Notes under the pieces: model-generated | What the model was told of the DNA's origin: nothing | Databases searched by the model: none | What the model saw: the letters and a program-made list of their open reading frames with translations, nothing else | Translations under genes and position numbers: made by a program | Shown here: positions 19,383 through 29,058 of the stretch, piece by piece | Layout of the letters: every line of letters starts with the position of its first letter | Position numbering within the stretch: position 1 is the first letter of the stretch | DNA from: Candidatus Dojkabacteria bacterium | GTDB taxonomy: Bacteria > Patescibacteriota > Dojkabacteria > JAOAGR01 | Direction: 5' to 3' | Length of the DNA stretch: 64,000 nucleotides | Assembly (NCBI GenBank): GCA_025999155.1 | Contig: AP026679.1 | Coordinates: 163,996 to 227,995, forward strand

Positions 19383-19955
19383 TTGGAACCAAAACGGAGA
19401 ATTTTAAAAATTTTCAATTTTCTACCTGTATTTCTATATTCTGTTCTATTTGCGTCTTTCGTGGTTAACGATTTATCTCACGATGATGTCAAAGGAGATT
19501 TTTCAGATATTAAAAGTTATAAAGTGACAAATTTCGAATTTGTTGAGCACAATGGGCCAATATTAACTAATATTCACGAACCTATAAAACCTCGTGATCA
19601 AAGGGCAATATTACTTCAAAATTATTTACAAAAACAAAGTTCGTACCTTGCAGATTATACGGATTTAATCATCGAACTTAGCGACTTTTATAATATTGAT
19701 TATAAAATAGTAGTGGCAATAGCGGGTGTTGAATCGGGATTTTGTAGAATCAACTTCAGACCTTATAATTGTTGGGGGTTCGGAGATTATGCATGGGATA
19801 GCCCAGAAACATCAATCAGAGAATATTTTAGACTGTTATATAAAAATTACTATCAAAAAAACCTGGATACCTTGGAAGAAATAGCTGCGATGTACAATCC
19901 CTACCCAGATCAATACATAAAAAAAGTCAATTATTTTCTTAATCAGGTACCATAA
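19383..19955 (+). CDS. Exported lysozyme-superfamily (glucosaminidase-like) protein
   Basis: N-terminal TM; IDYKIVVAIAGVESGF, YNCWGFG, IAAMYNP. Confidence 0.65.
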   Translation: MEPKRRILKIFNFLPVFLYSVLFASFVVNDLSHDDVKGDFSDIKSYKVTNFEFVEHNGPILTNIHEPIKPRDQRAILLQNYLQKQSSYLADYTDLIIELSDFYNIDYKIVVAIAGVESGFCRINFRPYNCWGFGDYAWDSPETSIREYFRLLYKNYYQKNLDTLEEIAAMYNPYPDQYIKKVNYFLNQVP

Positions 19956-20017
19956 TTAGAGACAATGAAATTATAGTATTCTACTAGTCATACTAGCTGT
20001 TTGTTATTATAGTCACG

Positions 20018-21022
20018 ATGCCTCTGACAGATAGCCCAAAAGCAGATAGTCTAAAAATTATAACTGGCTCATATAGTTCTTTTAGTAAAGGAAATACCAC
20101 TAGTAAACTCACAAATGTACACATGGTTTATATCTTTTTTGGATCTTTGATTATTTCTCTATTTGTTATTTTTATATTTAATTTCATTTTTAACTCACTT
20201 GACAATCAAAAGCAGACAATTGTGAATAAAAAGTCAGCCTCTGTAGAGTTATTAGACTTGAGGAATTTCAACACATTTTATGTTTTGGAAAAAGCTAAAG
20301 CAACCTTTCCAATAATTAACGATTATGAAGCCCAAGCCATAGCTGTTTTAGATGTATACTCAAACAGAATTATTTATGAAAAAAATGCAGAAAAAAGAAT
20401 GCCGATAGCAAGCATCACTAAAATGGTCACAACAAAAATCTTATATGATACAGTAAACCTCAATGGGATAACTACTATAACAAATCAGGCCGCTCAATAC
20501 GATGGAAGCTCGCTTGTACTCAGAAGCGGCGAAAAATTCTCAAATAGAGATCTAATCAAAGCTGCCATCATACCTAGTAACAACCAGGGGCTATATGCTA
20601 TTCAAGATCCTGAAAAAACAGTAAGACAAGCGAACGAATATATTCAAGCTTTAAGATTGCGAGATACGTATATAAGTAACCCTGCAGGATTTGACGACAA
20701 TGGACGTAATTACTCAACAGCAAGAGATGTGTTGCACATTGCAAAAGTTTTCTTCAATAATCAAGAACTAAGAGATTATGCACGCATAGAAAGATCAGAA
20801 ATAAGGGAACTAACAACAAACCGTGAAATTCCCATTTATAACACTAATGACTTTTTAAGAATCAAATATACGCCGGTTCTCGCAGGAAAAACTGGTACAA
20901 CCGAAAAAGCTGGGCAAAATTTATGCATTCTCGTAGAAAAAAACAATAAACGCTACATTATTGTCATACTAGGCTCAACCAACAGATATAGTGACGCAAT
21001 TAAAATTATCGATAGATTGTAA
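20018..21022 (+). CDS. D-alanyl-D-alanine carboxypeptidase (peptidase S11)
   Basis: SxxK (ASITK), SxN (SNN), NPAGFD, STARD, GKTG; N-terminal TM. Confidence 0.9.
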   Translation: MPLTDSPKADSLKIITGSYSSFSKGNTTSKLTNVHMVYIFFGSLIISLFVIFIFNFIFNSLDNQKQTIVNKKSASVELLDLRNFNTFYVLEKAKATFPIINDYEAQAIAVLDVYSNRIIYEKNAEKRMPIASITKMVTTKILYDTVNLNGITTITNQAAQYDGSSLVLRSGEKFSNRDLIKAAIIPSNNQGLYAIQDPEKTVRQANEYIQALRLRDTYISNPAGFDDNGRNYSTARDVLHIAKVFFNNQELRDYARIERSEIRELTTNREIPIYNTNDFLRIKYTPVLAGKTGTTEKAGQNLCILVEKNNKRYIIVILGSTNRYSDAIKIIDRL

Positions 21023-21104
21023 AAAACTACACAACTTAAAAGATAAATTATTCTCCGTTGTAAACTATTGATTTTATTGTAAAAATCTCTTAACTAAATT
21101 TATC

Positions 21105-22577
21105 ATGATACCAAACTACATACACGATATAGCAGATAAAATTGTCAAAGCAGGATTCGAGGTATATATGGTTGGAGGCAGCTTAAGAAACTTACTGATG
21201 GGACAAAAACCTAAAGATTTTGATTTGACTACAAGTGCACTACCTGAGGAAATTCAACACATCTTCCCAGAAAGCATAATGACAAATGCAAAATTTGGTA
21301 CAGTGACTATCTTAGCTCATAATGAATTTGGAGAATTACAAAGTGTTGAAATCACAACATATCGAGAAGAAAAAGAATACATCAAGGGGAGATGGCCAGC
21401 AATAGTTGAATTCACACGAAATATTTATGATGACTTACAAAGAAGAGATTACACGGTAAACGCGATAGCTTTCAAATTAGGCAACCCGGAAAGCCGCAGC
21501 ATCAAGAATATAGAAAACATTAAGAATTCAAAATTGTTACTTGATTTATTTGGTGGCCTTGCCGACATAGAAAGGAAAGTTCTTAGATCGGTAGGTGATC
21601 CAGTTGAAAGATTTACAGAAGATGGATTACGTCCTCTTCGAGGTTGTAGAATAGCTTCTGTATATGGATTTGAATTTGATAATGCTACTTTCAATGCAAT
21701 TCCCCAAACCTTGAATGTAGCAGCACAAATCAGTATGGAAAGAGTACGTAACGAGTTTATGAGAATGATTAAAGAATCACCGAAACCATCTGTTGGAATA
21801 GAATTAATGCGTAAGTCTGGGCTTTTACAACTATATATACCTGAACTTCTCGAAGGCTATGGAATGGAACAAAATCGTTATCACATATACGATGTGTACG
21901 AACATTCGCTGAGAGCTTTAGATATAGCACCTGTAGAAATAAGACTAGCAGCATTATTTCACGATATAGGTAAACCACGTTGTAAAAACGGAGAACATTT
22001 TTATGGACACGACAAGGTAGGTGCAGAAATGACACGTAAAATCATGGAAAGATTAAAGTTTCCCAAACAAGAAATTGACGAAACTGTAAATCTTGTCAGA
22101 TGGCACATGTTCTACGTTCCAAAAACAATAGTTGAAGAAGAAGCAAAAATAAACGAAGATGTAGCTTACAGAATCCAGACACAAGAACGCAATGCACTAT
22201 TTAAACTCGGATGGTCAGATAAAGCCATACGTAGATTGATACTCAGAGTGGGAGGGCATGAACAAATAGACAAACTCATCAAACTACGCATAGCAGATGC
22301 TCTCGCCAATCCGAAATCATCATTTGACCCTACGGATATAGAATTGTTAGCACAGAGGGTTGCAGAAATTAGGGAACAAGACAGTTTAATGTCAATCACA
22401 GATCTTAAAATAAAAGGAGATGATATTATCGAATTAGGTATAAAACCAGGCCCATCGATAAAAAAAGTACTAGAGTATTTATTAGAACGTGTGATAGACG
22501 ATATACAACTTAATAACCGAGAAAGCTTACTACAACTAGCAAAAGAATATATTCAAAACATGAAAATCAATAACTGA
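21105..22577 (+). CDS. cca: CCA tRNA nucleotidyltransferase with HD domain
   Basis: VGGSLRN, DFDLTT, DLQRRDYTVNA, RFTEDGLR, ERVRNE, FHDIGK. Confidence 0.88.
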   Translation: MIPNYIHDIADKIVKAGFEVYMVGGSLRNLLMGQKPKDFDLTTSALPEEIQHIFPESIMTNAKFGTVTILAHNEFGELQSVEITTYREEKEYIKGRWPAIVEFTRNIYDDLQRRDYTVNAIAFKLGNPESRSIKNIENIKNSKLLLDLFGGLADIERKVLRSVGDPVERFTEDGLRPLRGCRIASVYGFEFDNATFNAIPQTLNVAAQISMERVRNEFMRMIKESPKPSVGIELMRKSGLLQLYIPELLEGYGMEQNRYHIYDVYEHSLRALDIAPVEIRLAALFHDIGKPRCKNGEHFYGHDKVGAEMTRKIMERLKFPKQEIDETVNLVRWHMFYVPKTIVEEEAKINEDVAYRIQTQERNALFKLGWSDKAIRRLILRVGGHEQIDKLIKLRIADALANPKSSFDPTDIELLAQRVAEIREQDSLMSITDLKIKGDDIIELGIKPGPSIKKVLEYLLERVIDDIQLNNRESLLQLAKEYIQNMKINN

Positions 22578-22638
22578 TGTAACAAAAATCCTAATTTCTA
22601 TACAAAATCTTGCTTTATTAATAAAATACCACAGTACT

Positions 22639-23643
22639 ATGAAAAAAAGAGTTTTAACAGGAGATCGGCCTACAGGCAAATTACACATAGGGCATTTAAA
22701 AGGATCCCTGCTAAACCGGGTAAAACTACAGGACGAATATGAACAGTTTATACTCATTGCTAATATCCAAGGTCTGACAGACAATTACAACAATCCTGAT
22801 AAGATAAGAAATTCGATAGAAGAATTGCTATGTGACTATTATGCAGTTGGTATAGATTTCGATAAATCCACTGTATACATACAAAGCGAAGCTCCAGAAG
22901 TACATGAAATTTTTATTTACTTATCAAACTTTGTATCTATACAAAAAATTCTGCATAATCCGACATTAAAAACAGAAATCGAACAAAAAAATTTCGAGAA
23001 ATCAACACCTTTAGGTTTTTTTATCTATCCTATACACCAAGCCGCAGATATTTTATTAGTTAATGCTGATTTAGTACCTGTAGGAAGAGATCAAGCCCCA
23101 ATGATAGAAGATTGTCGCGAAATTGCACGAAAATTCAACCAAACTTATGGTAAAAAGATATTAAATGAACCACAACCATTATTCGGAGTCACTGTCAATG
23201 TACCCGGTATTGATGGAAACGCAAAAATGGGAAAATCACTGAACAATGCAATTTATTTGGCAGATAGTGAAAAAGAATTACGAGAAAAAGTGTTTAGAAT
23301 CAAAACAGACCCTAATCGAATACATGCTACAGATCCCGGCACAGTAGAAGGCAATGTAGTGTTTATATACCATGATTTATTCAATCCTAATCTAGATGAA
23401 GTTAATGACCTAAAAGAACGATATAAAAAAGGTAAAGTAGGGGATGTAGAAGTAAAACAAAAACTATTTGAAGCCATGAATAATGTTCTAACCCCCATAA
23501 GAGAACGTAGGCAAGAAGCAGAAAAAATCAAAAAACAATTATTAGAAAGAGCAATAGAAGGAAGTCGTAAAGTCAGTAAAATAGGTAGAGAAATAGCAGA
23601 TCAAATGAAAGAAGTAATGCAAATGAAATTCTCAAGAATCTAG
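22639..23643 (+). CDS. trpS: Tryptophan--tRNA ligase
   Basis: TGDRPTGKLHIGH, YPIHQAADIL, VPVGRDQ, KMGKS. Confidence 0.96.
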   Translation: MKKRVLTGDRPTGKLHIGHLKGSLLNRVKLQDEYEQFILIANIQGLTDNYNNPDKIRNSIEELLCDYYAVGIDFDKSTVYIQSEAPEVHEIFIYLSNFVSIQKILHNPTLKTEIEQKNFEKSTPLGFFIYPIHQAADILLVNADLVPVGRDQAPMIEDCREIARKFNQTYGKKILNEPQPLFGVTVNVPGIDGNAKMGKSLNNAIYLADSEKELREKVFRIKTDPNRIHATDPGTVEGNVVFIYHDLFNPNLDEVNDLKERYKKGKVGDVEVKQKLFEAMNNVLTPIRERRQEAEKIKKQLLERAIEGSRKVSKIGREIADQMKEVMQMKFSRI

Positions 23644-23695
23644 TGGTATATTTTCCTTTAAAGATTTAATTTTGATTATGATCTAAATTATTGAC

Positions 23696-24919
23696 ATGTT
23701 TAAAATTCTTGAAAAAAGAGGTGATCGTCGCTATGGTATATTGAGTACGTTACACGGGGATATTTATACGCCTGCCTTTGGACCGGACGCTACTAGAGGT
23801 CTAATAAAAAATCTAGCACCTCATGAAATTTTAGATTTATCAGGCCGATACCCTCCTATCGAAATATTGAGGTTACTAGCTAGTCATGATACAAATCACG
23901 ATATTTTTAATAATAAACTAAGAAAACAATATAACGAAATTCAATTTATCCTCTCCAACACTTATCATTTAATGTCATATCCTGGATATGAATTTATCAA
24001 AGAGAGTGGAGGATTACATACTTTTATAAACTGGCCTTTGCCAATTCTGACTGACAGCGGTGGATTTCAAGTGTTTTCTTTAATCCACAAAGCTCAAAAT
24101 CTCAAGGGAAAAGTCACTGACAATGGTGCTATATTTCAAAACCCTATCACAGGACAAAAATTAGAGCTCACACCAGAATCAGCAATTGATATACAGTTCA
24201 ATCTAGGATCAGACATAATGGTGGTTCTTGATGACTGTAGACATTATCAAGATCACAAAGAACTAAAAAGGTCAGTATACCGCACTATCGAATGGGCAAA
24301 AAGATGTAAAATCCGGTTTGAACAGAGACTTAAAGAAAAATTTAATAAATTGAACACACATTCTAACTCACAGCCTCATTCGGATGCCTCAAATAACGAA
24401 AGATCTCACAGAATCGACCGGCCTTTACTTTTTGCCGTAGTCCAAGGAGGTATAGATTATTCATTACGTGAGTACTGCGTACAAGAACTTACCAAGATTG
24501 GTTTTGACGGATATGGTTTTGGAGGATGGGCAATTAATGAAAAAGAATATTTTCCTTATGATTTGCTCAAATTTGTAGCTGAACGTCTCCCAGAAGACAA
24601 GCCACGCTATGCCATGGGAGTTGGTACTCCAACGAATATCATTCAATGCCTTGATTTTGGATATGACCTTTTTGACTGTGTCATACCTTCACGTAACGCA
24701 AGACACGGACTAGCATACACTACACAAGGAGAAGTTCGCATACAGAATGCTAAATACAAAAAAGATAAATCACCCCTGGATCCCAATTTACCATCTATAG
24801 CATCAAAATATACAAAAGAATATATTCATCACCTGTTTAAAATACAAGATTCACTCGGAGGCGAATTACTGACGATTCAAAACCTAAAATATTTCAACTA
24901 CATTCTAAATAATTTATAA
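23696..24919 (+). CDS. tgt: tRNA-guanine transglycosylase
   Basis: SNTYHL, TDSGGFQVFSL, LDDC, VVQGG, KPRYAMGVG, DLFDCVIPSRNARHG; zinc ligands missing. Confidence 0.92.
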   Translation: MFKILEKRGDRRYGILSTLHGDIYTPAFGPDATRGLIKNLAPHEILDLSGRYPPIEILRLLASHDTNHDIFNNKLRKQYNEIQFILSNTYHLMSYPGYEFIKESGGLHTFINWPLPILTDSGGFQVFSLIHKAQNLKGKVTDNGAIFQNPITGQKLELTPESAIDIQFNLGSDIMVVLDDCRHYQDHKELKRSVYRTIEWAKRCKIRFEQRLKEKFNKLNTHSNSQPHSDASNNERSHRIDRPLLFAVVQGGIDYSLREYCVQELTKIGFDGYGFGGWAINEKEYFPYDLLKFVAERLPEDKPRYAMGVGTPTNIIQCLDFGYDLFDCVIPSRNARHGLAYTTQGEVRIQNAKYKKDKSPLDPNLPSIASKYTKEYIHHLFKIQDSLGGELLTIQNLKYFNYILNNL

Positions 24920-25020
24920 ATTGGTCTGCATATGAAAACAAACACATATACAACCGTAGAAAAAATCTAAACGAAAAAATTTTGATTCAAATGGCTTTAC
25001 TATAATCACGAATTTGATAC

Positions 25021-25257
25021 TTTCTTGATTATGACGCACTAATTTATGTTTCAGCTTATTCTAACTCTTCTATGCTTGACAAATTGATCTACAATGAAGG
25101 ACTTTCACGTAATTGGGAGCAATACCCGCGATTTTAGGATTTTCTAAGACTGATTTCATCTTTATCGTATCTGAATATCTGAACCGAATAACCTGAGGAT
25201 AGCGAAGGTTTAAAAGCTTTAAAATATCTCAAAGAACAGGGTACAAGAAGGAACTAA
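25021..25257 (+). pseudogene. Possible decayed coding remnant
   Basis: One frame reads FLDYDALIYVSAYSNSSMLDKLIYNEGLSRNWEQYPRF*DFLRLISSLSYLNI*TE*PEDSEGLKALKYLKEQGTRRN* inside a 690-bp gap; no homolog recognised. Confidence 0.3.
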
Positions 25258-25610
25258 CATATTTTCTATCGATTTTATCGACATCGTCGTCGCTTCGGAT
25301 ATATGGTACCTTAAATTACTTTCTAGCATACAGTCATTATTTGTATACTTGCTACGTATATAGAAATTAATCTTAATTTTTAGCTATCCCAAAAAGATAA
25401 TTCTTAAATGATGATTCTGATTCAAAAGACTCCATTCTTGCTATCGTCGATCAAAAAAACTTTAGATATCATTTCTTGCGCATAATAAAAATCACCAATG
25501 CGTGAATACACATAATAAAAAATTTCATAGTAGAGATTACTGCGTACGCATAAAATAGAACACAATCGTAAATCCTTTTCTGTACCTCGACCATATAGTA
25601 TATTGGACAT

Positions 25611-27941
25611 GTGAAAATCAACATAACGGACAATTTAAATTCTCACCAAGCCCAGGCTGTTTTACACGAAGGGTCACCTTTACTAATTTTAGCTGGTGCA
25701 GGATCTGGGAAAACGAAAGTACTAACTCACAGAATTACACATTTTGTGGTTAATAAACAAATCCAGTCACAAAGAATACTTGGTGTGACATTCACGAACA
25801 AAGCTGCCAATGAGATGAAAGAAAGAATTATCAAAGTAGCAGGTGGTGGTTTTGAATTTCCATTCTTAGGGACCTTTCATAGTATATGTGTAAGAATTTT
25901 AAGAGCTGATGGTAGATATGTTGGTATCGAACCAAGTTTTACAATTTACGACTCTGAAGATCAAAAAGATCTAATAAAACAGATTCTCAAAGATCTAAAT
26001 ATAGATCCAAAAGAACTTAATCCTAACGCAATACATTGGGCTATTGCTAACGCCAAAAACAACATTATTGACTACCGAACATATAGACATTTAGTTAGTG
26101 ATTATTTTACCGAAAGAGTTGCTGAAATATATCCTCTATATCAGACATACTTAGCTGAACGAAACGCGGTAGACTTCGATGATCTTATACTGAAAACCAT
26201 AGAGTTATTTGAACAAAATAAGCAGGTAGCTGAAAAATATATTGATAAATTCGTGCATATTTTTGCAGATGAATATCAAGATACGAATAAGGCTCAGTAT
26301 AAATTAATCAAAATATTAGCTCAGCCTCAACAAAACATAACTGTTGTCGGAGATGAAGATCAATCTATATACGGCTGGAGAGGAGCGGATATTCAGAATA
26401 TTTTATCTTTTGAAGCAGATTTCAAAAACTCGACAATTATCAAGTTAGAACAAAATTACCGATCCACACAAATCATTCTGGATGCAGCTTATGCTGTTAT
26501 TAATAAAAATACTCAAAGAAGAGATAAAAAATTATGGTCAGATAAAAAAATAGGTCCAAAGATCAGCATAGTTGAAACTCATAATGAAATAGGTGAGTCA
26601 AAATTTATAGTTCAACAGATCCAGTTGTTAAATCAGAAGTATAAAGTTCCGTACAATGCAATAGCGGTATTATACAGAGCTAATGCGCAAAGTCGTAATA
26701 TCGAAGAGCAAATGATTCGACACAAGATACCCTATAAGTTAGTGGGGGGCATGCGGTTCTATGAGCGAAAAGAGATCAAAGACGTGCTGTCGTACCTAAG
26801 AGTTATCTACAATAGTTCAGACACTTTATCCCTACAAAGAGTTATCAATAACCCTACGAGAGGCATTGGACCAAAAACAATCTCAGATATAATTGATATC
26901 TCGAAAGCTCTAAAAATACCGATTGTCGATTTTATACAAAATCTGGTCCTTGTAGACAACTTCAAAAATGAATTAAACGAATACAACAATAATAAAAGAG
27001 GATATAATAATTCAGATGCGACGAAAAACAATATATTCACAGTACAAGAATTTAAAATAGATGAGTTTTTTGAATCTTTAAACTTATTCATAGAAAAAGT
27101 CACAAATATTACAGAAGGGAGTAAATTACTTCAGAATAAAAATGTAATAGCTTTCGGTAGATTAATAAGTTATCTCAAAGATCACATAGAATCTTATGAT
27201 AAATTATCTGACTATATAAAATTTGTATTAGAAGAATCAGGTTATCTAGACTACGTAAATGATAAGACCACAGATGGTCAAAATAGAGTCGAAAATATAA
27301 AGGAACTCATCGGTATGACATCTAAATACGATCACTTAGATACAATTACAGCTCTAAGCAAGTTTCTGGAGGAAGTGAGCTTAATAGAAGATATTCAGGA
27401 AATGGCGAAAGATAAAACTAATCTTAATGCAGTCAACTTAATGACCTTACACGCTGCCAAAGGACTAGAATTTGACGCTGTATTTATACCTGGTATGGAA
27501 GAAGGTATATTTCCTCATTCGCGTTCCCTTGCAGATCCTCAAGAAATGGAAGAAGAACGTAGGCTAGCATACGTGGGGATCACACGTGCTAAACAGTATC
27601 TATATTTACTCTACACTCTTTCACGTACTTACTTTGGTAATACTCAAAGTAACAATATATCAAGATTTATCAGTGACATCCCAGCCGAACTAGTCGATTT
27701 CATTCCTGCCACTAATCCTTACGAGATATTGAATTCAAATCTAAGTAAATTTATGCAAGAAGATATAGAAGCTCAGCAACTTGACGACTATATCGATATA
27801 GGAGATAAAGTCTCACACCAAACCTTCGGAGAAGGTACAGTCATCGATATCGAAAACGACGTAATTACTGTGGATTTCATATCAAAAGGTAAAACGAAGT
27901 TAATTGCCCAATTTGCTAAATTGAAAAAAATTAAATCTTGA
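25611..27941 (+). CDS. pcrA: ATP-dependent DNA helicase PcrA/UvrD
   Basis: AGAGSGKT, TFTNKAA, DEYQDTN, VGDEDQSIYGWRGA, LEQNYRST, TLHAAKGLEF, EERRLAYVGITRA, C-terminal Tudor-like HQTFGEG. Confidence 0.95.
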   Translation: MKINITDNLNSHQAQAVLHEGSPLLILAGAGSGKTKVLTHRITHFVVNKQIQSQRILGVTFTNKAANEMKERIIKVAGGGFEFPFLGTFHSICVRILRADGRYVGIEPSFTIYDSEDQKDLIKQILKDLNIDPKELNPNAIHWAIANAKNNIIDYRTYRHLVSDYFTERVAEIYPLYQTYLAERNAVDFDDLILKTIELFEQNKQVAEKYIDKFVHIFADEYQDTNKAQYKLIKILAQPQQNITVVGDEDQSIYGWRGADIQNILSFEADFKNSTIIKLEQNYRSTQIILDAAYAVINKNTQRRDKKLWSDKKIGPKISIVETHNEIGESKFIVQQIQLLNQKYKVPYNAIAVLYRANAQSRNIEEQMIRHKIPYKLVGGMRFYERKEIKDVLSYLRVIYNSSDTLSLQRVINNPTRGIGPKTISDIIDISKALKIPIVDFIQNLVLVDNFKNELNEYNNNKRGYNNSDATKNNIFTVQEFKIDEFFESLNLFIEKVTNITEGSKLLQNKNVIAFGRLISYLKDHIESYDKLSDYIKFVLEESGYLDYVNDKTTDGQNRVENIKELIGMTSKYDHLDTITALSKFLEEVSLIEDIQEMAKDKTNLNAVNLMTLHAAKGLEFDAVFIPGMEEGIFPHSRSLADPQEMEEERRLAYVGITRAKQYLYLLYTLSRTYFGNTQSNNISRFISDIPAELVDFIPATNPYEILNSNLSKFMQEDIEAQQLDDYIDIGDKVSHQTFGEGTVIDIENDVITVDFISKGKTKLIAQFAKLKKIKS

Positions 27942-27952
27942 TTTGATGAATT

Positions 27953-27983
27953 TTACTGATCTGTTACTGATCTGTTACTGATC
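27953..27983 (+). repeat. Tandem 11-bp direct repeat TTACTGATCTG (two full copies plus 9 nt)
   Basis: ttactgatctg ttactgatctg ttactgatc read directly between the convergent pcrA and winged-helix genes. Confidence 0.9.
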
Positions 27984-28032
27984 ATAAATCGTTAAAATAA
28001 ATATACCTATAATCTAAATAAGTGTAAACGTA

Positions 28033-29049
28033 TCACAGTTTCAGACCGACTCCCTTTCCTTTTACGACATAAATATAATCCTTTGAGAAACCAGCTTTTA
28101 CAAATTTTTTACGTAGGCGTGATATGAACTGGTCTATAGCGTCATTTGAAACATTTCCTGTCATGGATTTCCCCCATACTATTTCCACCAGTTCATCTCG
28201 GGAAATAAACTTTTTCTCTCTTAAAACATCATACAATTCTTGCTCCCTACGAGTTAAAAATGCGAACAGGTGATTGCCATCAAAATAGGTCTGATCAGAT
28301 TTAGAGTTTATAGTTGCTTCAACTTTTTTCGCAGAAGAATCTATATTGCTACTTAAAGACTCAGACAATGTTCCAACGTCCGAAATACTGTGAGTCGTAA
28401 CTCTTTGAAGATGACCAATACTAGCTAAATATTGATCTGTAAAACTTCGAAAAAACTCATCGAAATAAGCATAATCATCCATAAATTTCGCAAAAACCTT
28501 ATCCAGCAATTTTGCATCTAAACCCCATATAGCTAAAGTATTCAGAAAATAGTTCTTCAATAAATCTTGTGCAACTTGTATATAGACTCTACGTTCTAAA
28601 CTTTCAGTAATATCGAAGTTATTAGGTACATAAACGAAGTAAACTACACGTCCTGATAATAAATAAAAGTAAGAATACAAAAACCGTCTAGTTTCAACAG
28701 GTAAATTAGCTGAGAAATATAAAACTAACAATTTTTCTGTTTTTTCAAGATAATGCCGCAATTCAGTAATATTATTTAGTTTTCTCCCGACACTAGGATT
28801 TATGATATCCAAAATGATCTTATCAAATTCTTCGATGCGAATGTCATGAATGTGTAAATTGACAAAAATAAAGTTATCTTGTGCTTCTCCTAAATATTTA
28901 TATCGTACAGAATAGTTGTCAAAAAATTTAGATAAAACCATATCTACTTCAAGCTTGCTTATAGCTGTTAGCTCACAAGAGATACGATTTTTTAAACAAT
29001 CAGCTAGATATACAAAATATGCATCTAAGTTTTTCTCTACGTTTGTCAT
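28033..29049 (-). CDS. Protein with C-terminal OmpR/PhoB-type winged-helix DNA-binding domain, no recognisable receiver domain
   Basis: LTRREQELYDVL...ISRDELVEIVWG...DAIDQFISRLRKKF...IYVVKGKG. Confidence 0.8.
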   Translation of the reverse strand: MTNVEKNLDAYFVYLADCLKNRISCELTAISKLEVDMVLSKFFDNYSVRYKYLGEAQDNFIFVNLHIHDIRIEEFDKIILDIINPSVGRKLNNITELRHYLEKTEKLLVLYFSANLPVETRRFLYSYFYLLSGRVVYFVYVPNNFDITESLERRVYIQVAQDLLKNYFLNTLAIWGLDAKLLDKVFAKFMDDYAYFDEFFRSFTDQYLASIGHLQRVTTHSISDVGTLSESLSSNIDSSAKKVEATINSKSDQTYFDGNHLFAFLTRREQELYDVLREKKFISRDELVEIVWGKSMTGNVSNDAIDQFISRLRKKFVKAGFSKDYIYVVKGKGVGLKL

Positions 29050-29058
29050 GCTGACAAC

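Noticed and set aside
25422-25610. 62-aa ORF upstream of pcrA (likewise 35099-35299)
   Set aside because: No motif or homology; the first overlaps the pcrA promoter; likely spurious
27953-27983. CRISPR array
   Set aside because: 11-bp units with no spacers and no cas genes
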